Assembly (NCBI GenBank): GCA_963708075.1
Contig: OY970194.1
Location: forward strand, 2,112,001 to 2,176,000
DNA from: Sedimentisphaerales bacterium
GTDB lineage: Bacteria > Planctomycetota > Phycisphaerae > Sedimentisphaerales > Anaerobacaceae
Reading direction: 5' to 3'
DNA: 64,000 nucleotides
Shown: in pieces, positions 22,908-34,422 of the stretch
Numbering within the stretch: the stretch's first letter is position 1
How the letters are laid out: every line of letters starts with the position of its first letter
Position numbers and translations under genes: made by a program
The notes under the pieces: model-generated
What the model saw: only the letters and a program-made list of their open reading frames with translations
Database searches by the model: none
Told to the model about the DNA's origin: nothing

Positions 22908-23181
22908 AGTTCGTTCTCCATATTGACCGCCTCTGCTGTGGCAATCACGTGGTACTCCGATAAGCGAACATCGTACCGGGCCCTCAATGGGTGCACAAGT
23001 GCCCTCACATGGTGAACCAACTCCATTTTCATAGCGGTCTCCTCGTCTTGCGGGTACACTACATTCGGCAGAGTCACAGGACGTATCTACTTCGATAGAG
23101 GGTGAACCTTCCTGTCCTCGGCCTCGGTAGACCCAACTGGGAAGACCCGGAACAAGTGACAACCTATTTTGGGAACACGCC

Positions 23182-25629
23182 ATGCTTCTTCGAACTGTGA
23201 CAGTCCTTTTCATCGTATGGGTCGTCTCATCGCCTGTCATTGCTGAGGAGATACCGCCGATCCCCGCGGCCACGTGGGAGGTCGCGGACGACCTGTCCTA
23301 CTCTCAGCAGACGGCCCAATCACTCTGGGAGCCCATGGGCCAAACCAAGCCCGTCTCTATCGTAGACGTTCATGGCGGAAAAACATTGCGAATGCCGTGT
23401 GATTTCCAGGATAACAGAATCGATCGCGCTTCCTGGGATCGCCGTCTCAACCTGGATCTCGCCTGGCGTACGGGTTTGCAGTTTCTCTTTTACTGCCGCG
23501 ATGCAACGCCCGTGTCCAGCTTCAGCGTCTACCTGCACAGCGGCGACGGGTGGTACCGGGGCAACTTCGATGCCTCGTCCACGACCACGTGGACACCCGT
23601 CCAGATTCACAAGAAGGATATGTCCGTCGAGGGCCATCCGGCAGGATGGGGGAAAGTTGATACCTTGCGCATCTCCGCATGGCGCGGCCAGGATGTAGAT
23701 ACGGAGTTCTATATTGCCGCGATTGGCCTGTTTGGCCAAGGCGGAAAGATCGTCATCGTGCACAACGACTCAGTAGCCGGCAGTGCCCCCGGGGAACTCG
23801 ACTCTGTAAAGCAGTACACGGATGTCATGGCACAGTTCCTGGACCGCGTGGGCCTTTCCTATGTGGTTGTGAGCGACCTCGATGTCACCGCAGAGAAGCT
23901 CAAGGGCACAAAACTCGTCATCCTCCCTCATAACCCGAAAATGTCAGACGGAGCTATTGACGGGATCGCCAAGTTCCTCACAGAGGGCGGGAAGCTGATC
24001 GCCTGTTACCACCTCCCCAAGGCTCTTGAGCCGGTTGTGGGCATCCGCAACAGCGGGCACGTTCCCCAGAAGTACGCAGGTTATTTCTCCTCCATCCGGC
24101 CGGCCGAGAAATCTCTCGAGGGAATGCCGTCGGTCACCCAGCAGAGTTCATGGAACATAAACGAGATGTCACCCGTCGAAGGAAGAAGCTACATAGCGGC
24201 GTGGTGGCACGCGGGCGACGGGCAGTCAACCGGCAAGCCCGCCATCATCGCCAGCGACAACTGCATCTGCCTGACGCACGTCCTGATCCCGGACGATCGA
24301 GTCAATAAATTGCATCTACTCCTGGCTATGGTCGGTTATCTGGTCCCGGAACTATGGCGCGACGCAGCCAATGGAGCCATAGAACGTATCGGCAGGTTCG
24401 GTCCCTACGAGGGCTATGACGCCGCTTACCAAGGCATACAGGGACTTGTCTCTACGCCAGGTGAGGCCTCATCGGCTCTGCAGGCAGCGGACACATGGCG
24501 TAAATTGGGGTTGACCCTGTTCTCTGAGGGCCAGTTCTCCAAGGCCGTCGGTGCCGCCGAGGAAGCGCAGCGGTCCCTGATCAACGCATACTGTCTGGCC
24601 CAAACCCCTTCCCCTGGAGAACATCGGGCCTTCTGGTGCCATAGTGCCTTCGGAGTGGAAGGCCTGGATTGGGACCATGCCATCAAGGTCCTGGCGGACA
24701 ATGGCTTCACCGCCGTCTTGCCGAATATGCTATGGGGCGGCGTGGCCTTCTATAAGAGCGACGTGCTGCCCGTGTCGGCCACGGTGAGCGAAAGAGGCGA
24801 TCAAATCGAGCTTTGCGTGGCCGCGTGCAGGAAGTACGGCGTCCAATGCCACGTCTGGAAAGTCAACTACAATATGGGTTGGGCCACAGACAACGCGTTC
24901 GTCGCTCAGAAGAAGGCGGAGGGTCGGACCCAGGTGAACTACGATGGTTCGCCGAATGACCGGTGGCTATGCCCTTCGCACCCCGAAAACCAGAAGCTTG
25001 AGATTGAATCCATGCTGGAAGTCGCGAGGAAATACGATGTAGATGGTTTGCACTTTGACTATATACGTTACCCGGATAGCCAGGGCTGTTTCTGTCAGGG
25101 ATGCCGGACAAGGTTTGAGACGGCGATTGGAGGGAAGGTCAGAAACTGGCCGGCAAACGTGCGCAACGACGACGATCTGGCCCCAAAGTGGCTGGACTTT
25201 CGCCGCCAACAGATCACGACCGTCGTGGCGGCTGTAGCCGAACGAGCAAGACAGATGCGACCGGGCATCAAGATCTCGGCGGCGGTCTTTCCGAACTGGC
25301 TGACGGACCGCGACTCCGTAGGGCAGGACTGGAAACTCTGGTGCCGGCAGGGGTATCTCGACTTTGTCTGTCCCATGGACTACACGGCCTCCGGCAGCCA
25401 TTTTCAGCACATGATTGAGCAGCAACTCGCATGGGCCGGCAAGGTTCCCTGCTATCCCGGGATCGGCTTGAGCACCTGGAGCGATCCCACCGATATCTGC
25501 AGATTGATTGAACAGATCAACATCACCCGCCAACTGAAGACAGGCGGCTTCACTGTCTTCAACTATGGCCCCACCGAAGCGACCCAGGTCCTCCCCCTGC
25601 TGGGAGAAGGCATGACGCGAAGGAAATGA
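23182..25629 (+). CDS. GHL10 (DUF187) family glycoside hydrolase with N-terminal CBM-like and GATase-like domains
   Basis: HRAFWCH; WLCPSHP; YDVDGLHFDYIRYP; QDWKLW..GYLDFVCPMDY. Confidence 0.85.
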   Translation: MLLRTVTVLFIVWVVSSPVIAEEIPPIPAATWEVADDLSYSQQTAQSLWEPMGQTKPVSIVDVHGGKTLRMPCDFQDNRIDRASWDRRLNLDLAWRTGLQFLFYCRDATPVSSFSVYLHSGDGWYRGNFDASSTTTWTPVQIHKKDMSVEGHPAGWGKVDTLRISAWRGQDVDTEFYIAAIGLFGQGGKIVIVHNDSVAGSAPGELDSVKQYTDVMAQFLDRVGLSYVVVSDLDVTAEKLKGTKLVILPHNPKMSDGAIDGIAKFLTEGGKLIACYHLPKALEPVVGIRNSGHVPQKYAGYFSSIRPAEKSLEGMPSVTQQSSWNINEMSPVEGRSYIAAWWHAGDGQSTGKPAIIASDNCICLTHVLIPDDRVNKLHLLLAMVGYLVPELWRDAANGAIERIGRFGPYEGYDAAYQGIQGLVSTPGEASSALQAADTWRKLGLTLFSEGQFSKAVGAAEEAQRSLINAYCLAQTPSPGEHRAFWCHSAFGVEGLDWDHAIKVLADNGFTAVLPNMLWGGVAFYKSDVLPVSATVSERGDQIELCVAACRKYGVQCHVWKVNYNMGWATDNAFVAQKKAEGRTQVNYDGSPNDRWLCPSHPENQKLEIESMLEVARKYDVDGLHFDYIRYPDSQGCFCQGCRTRFETAIGGKVRNWPANVRNDDDLAPKWLDFRRQQITTVVAAVAERARQMRPGIKISAAVFPNWLTDRDSVGQDWKLWCRQGYLDFVCPMDYTASGSHFQHMIEQQLAWAGKVPCYPGIGLSTWSDPTDICRLIEQINITRQLKTGGFTVFNYGPTEATQVLPLLGEGMTRRK

Positions 25630-25831
25630 TGCGGGCCTGTCGACGAGCATTCCTGAGCCCGCTTGCGTGAGGGTTTTCACGCACGGGCAGCACAATCTCC
25701 CTGTCATCTCCTAAGAAACTACCTCAAGACGGTGAATGTCATTGCGAGTCGGTGTGTGGTTTTGAGATCGTTTCTAAGTGATTTCCCCGACGGAGATTCC
25801 GGGAACTCCTGCAAGACACGCGTCCGACGGG

Positions 25832-25904
25832 CCGGTAGAACCGAATCAGGCAGAGGATTTCCGTCTATCGCCGTACCGAGCACTGCCTGTATCGGTTCGA
25901 CCGG
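25832..25904. repeat. 22-bp imperfect inverted repeat upstream of the aldo/keto reductase pair
   Basis: CCGGTAGAACCGAATCAGGCAG (25832-53) pairs with CTGCCTGTATCGGTTCGACCGG (25883-904), 3 mismatches. Confidence 0.7.
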
Positions 25905-26005
25905 ATACGGATTGACAGTCAGCATGTTCGGGGGATGGAGACTACGGTGATGGCGACCGTACATGCCGGTCCTGCGAAGACGCTGCCTGCCGATGAACTG
26001 CACCC

Positions 26006-26902
26006 ATGAGGCAAATGGCTATGGCAAGCACAATGATCGACACAACGGCTCGCCCGGCTTTGGCCAGTGGCACATTCCGTATCGGCAGGAATCTGCCCGT
26101 GGTCCGGCTTGGTTACGGCGCCATGCAAATCACCGGCCCCGGCACCTGGGGCCCACCGCGCGACCCTGACGAGGCGATCCGGGTGTTACGCCGCGCTGTA
26201 GAGTTGGGCGTGACCTTGATCGATACCGCTGACTCCTACGGACCCTACGTCAGCGAGGAATTGATCCACGCGGCCCTCCATCCCTATCCCGAGAACCTGG
26301 TCATTGCCACCAAGGCCGGCCTGGTCCGCACCGGACCGGACTCGTGGCACCCGCTCGCCCGGCCCGAGTATCTGCGACAGGAGGCCGAGATGAGCCTGCG
26401 CCGGCTGGGACTGGAACGCATTGACCTGTTCCAACTACACAGCATCGATCCGCAGGTACCATTGGAGGACCAGATCGGCGCACTCGTGGAGTTGCAGCGC
26501 GAGGGGAAGATCCGCCACATCGGGCTGTCCAACGTCTCGGTAGCACAGATCCGGGCAGCTCGCCAGATCGCAACGGTGGTTACCGTGCAGAACCGTTACA
26601 ACCTGGTCGACCGCGGTTCTGAAGCCGTGCTCGAGTTCTGCGAAAGGGAGGACCTCGGGTTCATTCCATGGTTCCCAATCGCCACCGGCAAGCTGGCCCG
26701 CCCAGGCGGACCACTGGACAGCATCGCCCGGCAGCTCGGAGCCACCGCCGCTCAGCTCGCGCTGGCATGGCTGCTTCGTCGATCACCGGTCATGCTGCCG
26801 ATCCCCGGCACCGCTTCGGTAGCTCATCTGGAGGAGAATGTGGCTGCCGCCGGCTTGCAGCTTACCGACGCGCAGTTCGAGGCACTGGCCCAAGCGGCCT
26901 GA
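26006..26902 (+). CDS. Aldo/keto reductase
   Basis: [36 protein letters not shown]. Confidence 0.93.
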   Translation: MRQMAMASTMIDTTARPALASGTFRIGRNLPVVRLGYGAMQITGPGTWGPPRDPDEAIRVLRRAVELGVTLIDTADSYGPYVSEELIHAALHPYPENLVIATKAGLVRTGPDSWHPLARPEYLRQEAEMSLRRLGLERIDLFQLHSIDPQVPLEDQIGALVELQREGKIRHIGLSNVSVAQIRAARQIATVVTVQNRYNLVDRGSEAVLEFCEREDLGFIPWFPIATGKLARPGGPLDSIARQLGATAAQLALAWLLRRSPVMLPIPGTASVAHLEENVAAAGLQLTDAQFEALAQAA

Positions 26903-26958
26903 TAGACGACGTGCTGCTGATTCGTCAACGCACCATTACTTCGAACGAGGAAAGAGAG

Positions 26959-27945
<987 letters not shown>

Positions 27946-28007
27946 GGACCGCTCATGGACGCCACACGCCAAGCCTATGACATCACGGGCTCGTCGCCGG
28001 CATCTGC

Positions 28008-29692
28008 CCTGATCCCTCCCTATGGCGTTCTGCCGGGGGTGGGGGCGGCGGTTTGCCAGTTGGTGGAGTCGCTGCCGCTGTGAGTTTCGTCCGCGTGCTG
28101 CCTTTGCAGGCAGTCGCCGGTGGCGTCTGTGCCGGATGGCCAAGGGGCGATGGGACTGTAGATCACTTCATCCAGGATTACCCAGCCGATGTCAACAGGA
28201 TCGGTACCCACCTGCGGCTTGTCCAATGCCACTCGCTCGCCCTGGTTTGATAGATTGCCCTGCCAGGGGCCGAAGAGATTCACATTCGCTGTGAGTTGTC
28301 CGCCGTAGGCGGCGGCGAACTCTGTCACGCGAGCGGGCTCCGTCTGCGGGTCGAAGCCGACCACCACGATCCGGCCGCCGGCGGCAATCGAGGCACTCGC
28401 GGGGAAGTTGTAGTCCACCGCGCCATCCAGACGCCAAGGAATGGTCTGCGTGGTCAAGGCGACTGCTTGTGATGTTGGATTGTATAGCTCGATGTATTCT
28501 TCATTCGGATCAATGGGACTGTACATGATCTCATCAATGACCACCGACAGCAGCGGCGTTGTGTTGGCTTTGGCTTGTGAGGGCGTCATTCGGAACCAGT
28601 AGGCTCCGCCGTCGGGATAGCGGCCGAGCGAGATACCTGCTTCCTGAGCTTTGAACGAGACTGCATCCACGATCCGGTCCTGGGCTGTGCCGGGCAGATA
28701 CGACAGCAACAGGTCCTCGCCGTTACTGCCCAGGCCAAAGCCCTGGAGATTGTCGAAGCGGACGTATCCCAGAGAAGGTACCGACACCGCCGGAAGCTTG
28801 TACTTCTTCGGTTCGGCCACATCATCACTGAGATACCAGTTCGCAAGACTTACACTGGCTGCCGTGGGGTTGTACAACTCCACCCAATCATCCTCTGTCG
28901 GTGTGGCGCCATTGGCGAGGAACTCATTGAGCACCACCGTCTGCACAACAGCCGGATCATCCTGGCCCGGCGAGCCGCCCATGTTCGTGCTCGCGCGCCA
29001 GTTGCCGGGATAGTTCAACGAGCCCTGTGGCTGGCCCAGCAGTGCTGTATCCAAGGGCACCAGGGAGTGCCCGCCTCCATCGGCCGCCAGAGGCCAGCCT
29101 CGGCCGTCGCCATACTCGAACTCGGCGACCGTGCCATTCCAGAAGTCCACGAGAGCGACCTTCTCGCCATTATTCGCCAGCTTGCCCTGATACTGGCCGG
29201 CGATGATCGAAGACAATGCCGAGCCATAGCGGGAGGTGAACGCCGCTTTGTTCCGGACCACCAGCACGAACTTGCCCGGGCCAAGACTCGTAACGGCACC
29301 GCCCTGGAAATCGAAAGTAACGCCGTTCGTAAGCGAGACGCTGCCCAGATCCAGCGTATCATCGCCTGTGTTCTTGAGCTCGATGTACTCGTATTCTTCG
29401 CTATCAAAGGCATCGCCGGCCAGAACAGCGGGATTGTACATCACTTCCGTCACTCGCAGGTCCTCTAAGATTCCTGCGGCAATGGGCTCACCGGCCACGA
29501 ACTGCACCGGGGCCGACCAGTGGCTCCAGCGGCCGGAGGTATCTTTCATCCGGCAGCGGACCCGATACGTTCGCCCCTCGCGAACCACCGAGGCGGGAAT
29601 CTTCGCATCCGCATTGAACGTCGTCAACTCCGCGCTCTCCCAGAGAGGCTCGATCTCATACCTGCCCGCCTCGCGCTGGTACACCTGCGTCA
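28008..29692 (-). repeat. 1685-bp near-identical inverted repeat, copy A (partner 43784-45468)
   Basis: Same length, from TGACGCAGGTGTACCAG to GGAGGGATCAGG (12 nt past the stop); about 19 aa differences in ~555. Confidence 0.93.
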
Positions 29693-32600
29693 TGCCCGGC
29701 TCAGTTGTGCCGTTGCCGCCATTGGACTTCTCTGCGGTCAGTCGCACATCAATGAAGCAGTCCGAGCTGCTGTTGAGAGAAATGTTGAGCAACTGCACGG
29801 CGACCACGTTCGTGCCCCGCACCAGCCATGTGGCGGGCGCGCCCAGGTCACGCCGGTCAAAGGCGGAATCCTCCCTGGTCGCGATCGCGACCGAGTTGTA
29901 TGGCGCGTCGGCGGAAGGCACGTAGTCACTGTACGCAAGCTTGCCGTTAAGCCAGATGTTGACGCCGTCGTCATATTTGACCTCAAGGATCAGCTTGGCG
30001 AGGCCATTGAGGCTGGCGACATCAAAGGTATTGCGAAGGTAGACGGTGGTGTAATTGCCCCACATGTCCGTGAGCGGCGTCACGATGAATGTCTCGCCAT
30101 AGCCGATGGCTGTATTGCCCGCCAGCCATTGGGAATCGTCGAAGTCGATCCGTCGCCATGCCCCGGACACTGCCGAAGGCTCGCTTCTGCCCTTGAAGTA
30201 CTTCCACGTCGCTCCATCCGGCAGCAACGTAACGCTGGTGTCGGAGCCCGTGGGAACCTGCGACCCGGCGGCCACCTCCGCAATGCGCCATTTCACGGCG
30301 CCAAACGTGGCGGCCCCCTGCGGGTCGCTGAATGCGCTCGTCCTGAAAGACAAGGCATTGGCGGGGAAGCCCTGCGGCCCCGTGCTTGTGACAACGGGCG
30401 TATTCGGGATCGCGGCGTCGGCGGCCTTGCTATTCATGTGCGGCACGCGCTCTGCGATGTAATCCTTCATCACCTTGACCATGCCCTCGAAGCTTCGCTC
30501 GTAGCGGCGGTCCACCGCCTCCTGGTAGAACCGTCCCTGACCCGCCTTGTCGCTGCCGCAATTGGTGCGATAGCGACTGCATGCGGCGTCCGCCATGACC
30601 CAGTGGTAGTCCCACATGGCACGATCCGCGTCCACGATGGACAGCCCGCCGGCGGGGTCGTTGATGATCGCCGCGTAGTCGTCGATAAGTTGGCCGGTCT
30701 GCTCCACGTTGAAGAGCAGGTCCACCACCTCGCGAATCCGGTTCCGTTTCTCCAGGTCAAGCGCCGCGTTGTAGAAGATGCCCGCCCTGCTGAACGGATC
30801 GCTCGGGTCGTTGTTGCCATAGTAGGTGGTCCAGGTCAGGTCGAGGTCCCAGGGCAGTTGCCACCACTGGTCGGTCTGCGGGTGGTGGTAGAGGAACCAG
30901 TTCTTGCTGGTGATGTCGCCGTGATGGACGGCCTGGTAGATGGCAACGTAGGCATAATATGCATCGAGGTTGACGTTCTGGCTCCACCATTGGGCGGAGG
31001 GGTTGGACGAGTACATGCCTCGGAAGATCTCGAGGTCCGAATCATCGGCGGGCTGGGTCGGCCCCTGGTTGTTCTTGTCGAACCCGCCGGGATAGGCGTT
31101 ATCCATCTTGAACAGGTTGCCGTCGGGCAGACCGTGCTCATCGAGGAATCGCCCGTCTATCTGCTCGATGGTCATGTACAGACCCCAGAAGTCGCCGTCA
31201 TACTGGGTCCCCTTTGTCGTTAGCGGCACATGGGCGGCGTTGCGCTCGCCGTCCTCGTATGGCTCGTCGATGATCCGGAACTGCAGGTAGTTCGTCTTTG
31301 AGGCGGGGCAGCCGGCCAGGTTGAACATCCGGAACGAGAGGGCCTCGAACATGCCCTGCTCCCCGCGCTGCCCGAAGCTGCCCTGCTGGATGCAGGCGGA
31401 GAAGTCCAGCCGATTCCACTTCGTCGCGTACTTGTTCCCGTAGTCGTCCCGTGCCTGGAAGTAATGTCCCCTGTTGAAATCGAACTTGAACATGTCCTTC
31501 CCCATGGAGTAACGCCAGACACCGCCGCGCATGCGGTAGCGGATGTGGTCATACACTTCGCCATCGTAGACGAGCGTGCCCCACCAGCGAAACAGGTCGC
31601 TGCCGTCCTTGGAGAACCACGTGCAGTCCTCGACGTCGGCTTTCTTGCTGATGAGGTGATAGACGGGCAGACTGCGCATCACCTCGGCGGGGTACTCGAT
31701 AACCGGGGTGACGCCAGGCTGCACGGCGCCGCGCCAGGCGGGCACGCCGTCATACACGAAGTAGGCGAAATTCGGCTGCGGGTCGTCGGGATATGGCACG
31801 AACGCGGCGGCGCCGGGATCATCCATTGCGAAGATCTTGTAGCGGATGAGCCGGCGGTGGATCTGCAGCGAGGCCGGAAGCTGGACGGTGAAGATGCCGT
31901 CCTGGAGGAGGGCGTCGCCGCCGAGCCCGTCGTCGTGCATCGCGACGGAGGTCCAGGTCGTGCCGTACTGAGGATCCAGACGAGCAATGTAGTTGCCCGG
32001 GTTCACCAACTGATACATCAACGTGACCGTCTTCACGCCATCCGGATCGGTCACCTTGGCGGTGATGGTCACGGCCTCCCCGGACCTCGGTTCCTTCGGC
32101 GAGTGCTTCACCTGCCGGACCTGGGGCGGGATGTTCGCGGCGGGAGCCCCCTTATTCACCGCCGCGGGCGTCGGCAATCCCGACCGCCAACTGCCCCCGA
32201 GATCATTATCGAACAAAGGATTGGTCAACTGCATGGAGCATCCCGCCCCCGGCTGATCCGCAGGCACCGGGTCGCCCACCGTGGGCCAGGGGAAGCCGAG
32301 CTGGTACTCGACCTCATCTACCACCTGCCCCTGGGCGTCACACAGGACGACGCGGTCGCCTTCGTTGTCCAGCTTGCCCTCGTACGGGCCAAAGACGAGA
32401 CTGGCCGGGATAGGGAACCGGCCCGCGCTCCACTTGGCGTGGATATGGCTCGGGTCCTGGGCCACGATCACGTACTCTCCTGCCGCTATTTTGGCTCCGG
32501 CCGGGAACGTGTAGAGAATGCCCGACGTGAAGCGCCACCCGCTCAGGTCCAACTCGGAGGTCCCCGGGTTGTGCAGCTCAACGAACTCGACCAGCTCCGT

Positions 32601-32750
32601 TTTCACATCCGGATCGACGTGCAGCTCGTTGATGACCACCTGGGGGAAATTCGAAATTCGAATATCGAAATCCGAAGGGACGGCTGCAACCAGACCCGTC
32701 ATCGCCGAGAGAAACAAAACGACCGACGCAGACTTCTTTGGTGCTAACAC
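28020..32750 (-). CDS. Secreted CotH kinase + multiple lamin-tail-domain (LTD) protein, paralogue A
   Basis: VVINELH..EFVELHN LTD; RMRGG, GNLFK, KNWFLY, LPWDLDLTW (CotH); three C-terminal LTDs; GTG start after GGAAGAGG. Confidence 0.9.
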   Translation of the reverse strand: MLAPKKSASVVLFLSAMTGLVAAVPSDFDIRISNFPQVVINELHVDPDVKTELVEFVELHNPGTSELDLSGWRFTSGILYTFPAGAKIAAGEYVIVAQDPSHIHAKWSAGRFPIPASLVFGPYEGKLDNEGDRVVLCDAQGQVVDEVEYQLGFPWPTVGDPVPADQPGAGCSMQLTNPLFDNDLGGSWRSGLPTPAAVNKGAPAANIPPQVRQVKHSPKEPRSGEAVTITAKVTDPDGVKTVTLMYQLVNPGNYIARLDPQYGTTWTSVAMHDDGLGGDALLQDGIFTVQLPASLQIHRRLIRYKIFAMDDPGAAAFVPYPDDPQPNFAYFVYDGVPAWRGAVQPGVTPVIEYPAEVMRSLPVYHLISKKADVEDCTWFSKDGSDLFRWWGTLVYDGEVYDHIRYRMRGGVWRYSMGKDMFKFDFNRGHYFQARDDYGNKYATKWNRLDFSACIQQGSFGQRGEQGMFEALSFRMFNLAGCPASKTNYLQFRIIDEPYEDGERNAAHVPLTTKGTQYDGDFWGLYMTIEQIDGRFLDEHGLPDGNLFKMDNAYPGGFDKNNQGPTQPADDSDLEIFRGMYSSNPSAQWWSQNVNLDAYYAYVAIYQAVHHGDITSKNWFLYHHPQTDQWWQLPWDLDLTWTTYYGNNDPSDPFSRAGIFYNAALDLEKRNRIREVVDLLFNVEQTGQLIDDYAAIINDPAGGLSIVDADRAMWDYHWVMADAACSRYRTNCGSDKAGQGRFYQEAVDRRYERSFEGMVKVMKDYIAERVPHMNSKAADAAIPNTPVVTSTGPQGFPANALSFRTSAFSDPQGAATFGAVKWRIAEVAAGSQVPTGSDTSVTLLPDGATWKYFKGRSEPSAVSGAWRRIDFDDSQWLAGNTAIGYGETFIVTPLTDMWGNYTTVYLRNTFDVASLNGLAKLILEVKYDDGVNIWLNGKLAYSDYVPSADAPYNSVAIATREDSAFDRRDLGAPATWLVRGTNVVAVQLLNISLNSSSDCFIDVRLTAEKSNGGNGTTEPGMTQVYQREAGRYEIEPLWESAELTTFNADAKIPASVVREGRTYRVRCRMKDTSGRWSHWSAPVQFVAGEPIAAGILEDLRVTEVMYNPAVLAGDAFDSEEYEYIELKNTGDDTLDLGSVSLTNGVTFDFQGGAVTSLGPGKFVLVVRNKAAFTSRYGSALSSIIAGQYQGKLANNGEKVALVDFWNGTVAEFEYGDGRGWPLAADGGGHSLVPLDTALLGQPQGSLNYPGNWRASTNMGGSPGQDDPAVVQTVVLNEFLANGATPTEDDWVELYNPTAASVSLANWYLSDDVAEPKKYKLPAVSVPSLGYVRFDNLQGFGLGSNGEDLLLSYLPGTAQDRIVDAVSFKAQEAGISLGRYPDGGAYWFRMTPSQAKANTTPLLSVVIDEIMYSPIDPNEEYIELYNPTSQAVALTTQTIPWRLDGAVDYNFPASASIAAGGRIVVVGFDPQTEPARVTEFAAAYGGQLTANVNLFGPWQGNLSNQGERVALDKPQVGTDPVDIGWVILDEVIYSPIAPWPSGTDATGDCLQRQHADETHSGSDSTNWQTAAPTPGRTP

Positions 32751-32770
32751 GTTTCGTCCTCTTCCATATA

Positions 32771-32795
32771 GTAGGGGCGGGTTTCAAACCCGCCC
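32771..32795 (+). repeat. REP-like palindrome family B (GTAGGGGCGGGTTTCAAACCCGCCC); other copies at 40363-40386 and 40692-40715
   Basis: GTAG-led hairpin GGGCGGGTTT/AAACCCGCCC; three copies in the window. Confidence 0.85.
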
Positions 32796-32846
32796 GGGCG
32801 CGGGCCGCTCCACGCATGCCCGGCCATGCGCCCCCGCCACCCGTAT

Positions 32847-32876
32847 ATTGTACCCGATTTCACATCCGCGAGTCAA
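32847..32876 (-). promoter_or_regulatory. Sigma70-like promoter of CotH-LTD paralogue A
   Basis: TTGACT-N18-TACAAT; homologous to the paralogue B promoter (shared AAATCGGGTA). Confidence 0.65.
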
Positions 32877-33046
32877 GGCAGCGTCTGCCTTCCAAGTCCT
32901 GGCTTTTCCGCGGAAGCCACGGTTTTCCTGGGGTACGGCGGCTCCGGTTGTCGCACTGTATAATGGGATCATGGCGTGGTCCATATTCCCTGTAAGGCAG
33001 GACCGCCGTAGAATAGCAATCGGTTGACTGTTTGTGGAGAGCGGAA

Positions 33047-34138
33047 ATGGCTGCAATGATTCATCTTGGTTTGCTGCTGCCGTTGGCGCTGGCCGGGGCA
33101 GGAAGTGGTCCGGGGGAGTTCATCACCATCGAGAGACTCTCGCCGCGCGTAATCCTGGCCTACTGGCCTGGGATTGACCGGCGATGCAATCTCACGGCCA
33201 TCCAGTCCGAGAAAGGCCTGGTGATCATCGATACGGAGGCATCGCCGCGGGTCATGGCCCCCATCAAGGCGAAGATCGAGCAGGCATTTCACCGCACCGA
33301 CTGGGCCTACGTCATCAATACGCACGCCCACGACAACCATTGCAGCGGCAACAGCCTCTTCAAGGGCGCGACGATCATTGGCCACGACAACCTTGCCGCC
33401 GACATGCAGTGGCTGATCGACCGGCAGGCCATGCCGGAACGGAAACGCCAGTCGATCGACCAGTTCACGACGATCATCCGCGACCTGCACGCCGCCCTGC
33501 CCCGATACGCCGCCAACCCCGGATACACGAGACTGATCCGCAGCGACCTCGTCTTCTACGGTCTGTTCGTGCAGGACCTGCAGGAGGGTTACGAGGTCGT
33601 CAAGCCGACGCTCACATTTCCCGATAAACACACGCTGGATTTGGGCGACCTGACCCTGGAGTTGACCTTCTTCGGCAAAGGCCACAGCAACTCCGACATC
33701 CTGATCTACGTTCCCCAGGAGCGGATCCTGGTCACCGGCGCCATCGCCTACCAGCAGTACCGCGTCCCTGAAATCGGCGAAGAGTCGCATCTTGAAGACG
33801 TCCACCGTTTCATCGCCGTCCTGGACGGTCTCCTCGCCGACAATGTGAAGATCGATCACGTGATCCCGGGACACAGCGTCCGGCTGACTCGCGCCGTCCT
33901 TCCACCGATCCGCGATTACTACCGGAGAATGCTCACGGAAGTCCAGGCCGCTCGCAAGCAGGGCCTGACCCTGGACGAGACGACCAGGCTTCTGACCCTC
34001 CGCGCCAAATTCCCCGCCTTCCGCGACCCGCCCTCCCGCACGTATGGCTACGACCACCAGGAGCGCAGCGTGAGGAACCTCTGGCGCATCCTGGACGAGG
34101 AGCAACCGCAGCCGAAAGCAGAGAAAGCACGGAATTGA
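33047..34138 (+). CDS. Secreted MBL-fold metallo-hydrolase
   Basis: LVIIDT, INTHAHDNHCSGN (variant HxHxDH), GHSNSD, VIPGH. Confidence 0.88.
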   Translation: MAAMIHLGLLLPLALAGAGSGPGEFITIERLSPRVILAYWPGIDRRCNLTAIQSEKGLVIIDTEASPRVMAPIKAKIEQAFHRTDWAYVINTHAHDNHCSGNSLFKGATIIGHDNLAADMQWLIDRQAMPERKRQSIDQFTTIIRDLHAALPRYAANPGYTRLIRSDLVFYGLFVQDLQEGYEVVKPTLTFPDKHTLDLGDLTLELTFFGKGHSNSDILIYVPQERILVTGAIAYQQYRVPEIGEESHLEDVHRFIAVLDGLLADNVKIDHVIPGHSVRLTRAVLPPIRDYYRRMLTEVQAARKQGLTLDETTRLLTLRAKFPAFRDPPSRTYGYDHQERSVRNLWRILDEEQPQPKAEKARN

Positions 34139-34155
34139 GTGCGCCACAATGCTTC

Positions 34156-34184
34156 TTGACTCCGCGCCTCCAAATGGATAGGAT
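34156..34184 (+). promoter_or_regulatory. Sigma70-like promoter of the toxin-antitoxin operon
   Basis: TTGACT-N17-TAGGAT; GAGGTG RBS before 34207. Confidence 0.6.
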
Positions 34185-34206
34185 GGAGTGAAGAATGAGG
34201 TGAAGC

Positions 34207-34422
34207 ATGAAGGACTACAGAGTAAAAACGAAAATTGAAAGAGACGGCTCACTGACGATCAAAGGTCTGCCCTTTCAGGCGGGAGAGCAAGTCGAGGTCG
34301 TTGTCCGAAGCCAAAAGGCGGGTGCCGGAAACGGTGATCGCTATCCGCTGCGAGGAAAGCCGATTCGATATACCGATCCCTTTGGCAGTGTGGCTGAAAA
34401 GGACTGGGAAGTCCTGAGATGA
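34207..34422 (+). CDS. VapB-like antitoxin (AbrB-like fold)
   Basis: 71 aa; DGSLTIKGLPF..GEQVEVVV; YPLRG..Y.DPF.SVAE.DW; ATGA overlap with a PIN-type start. Confidence 0.75.
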   Translation: MKDYRVKTKIERDGSLTIKGLPFQAGEQVEVVVRSQKAGAGNGDRYPLRGKPIRYTDPFGSVAEKDWEVLR

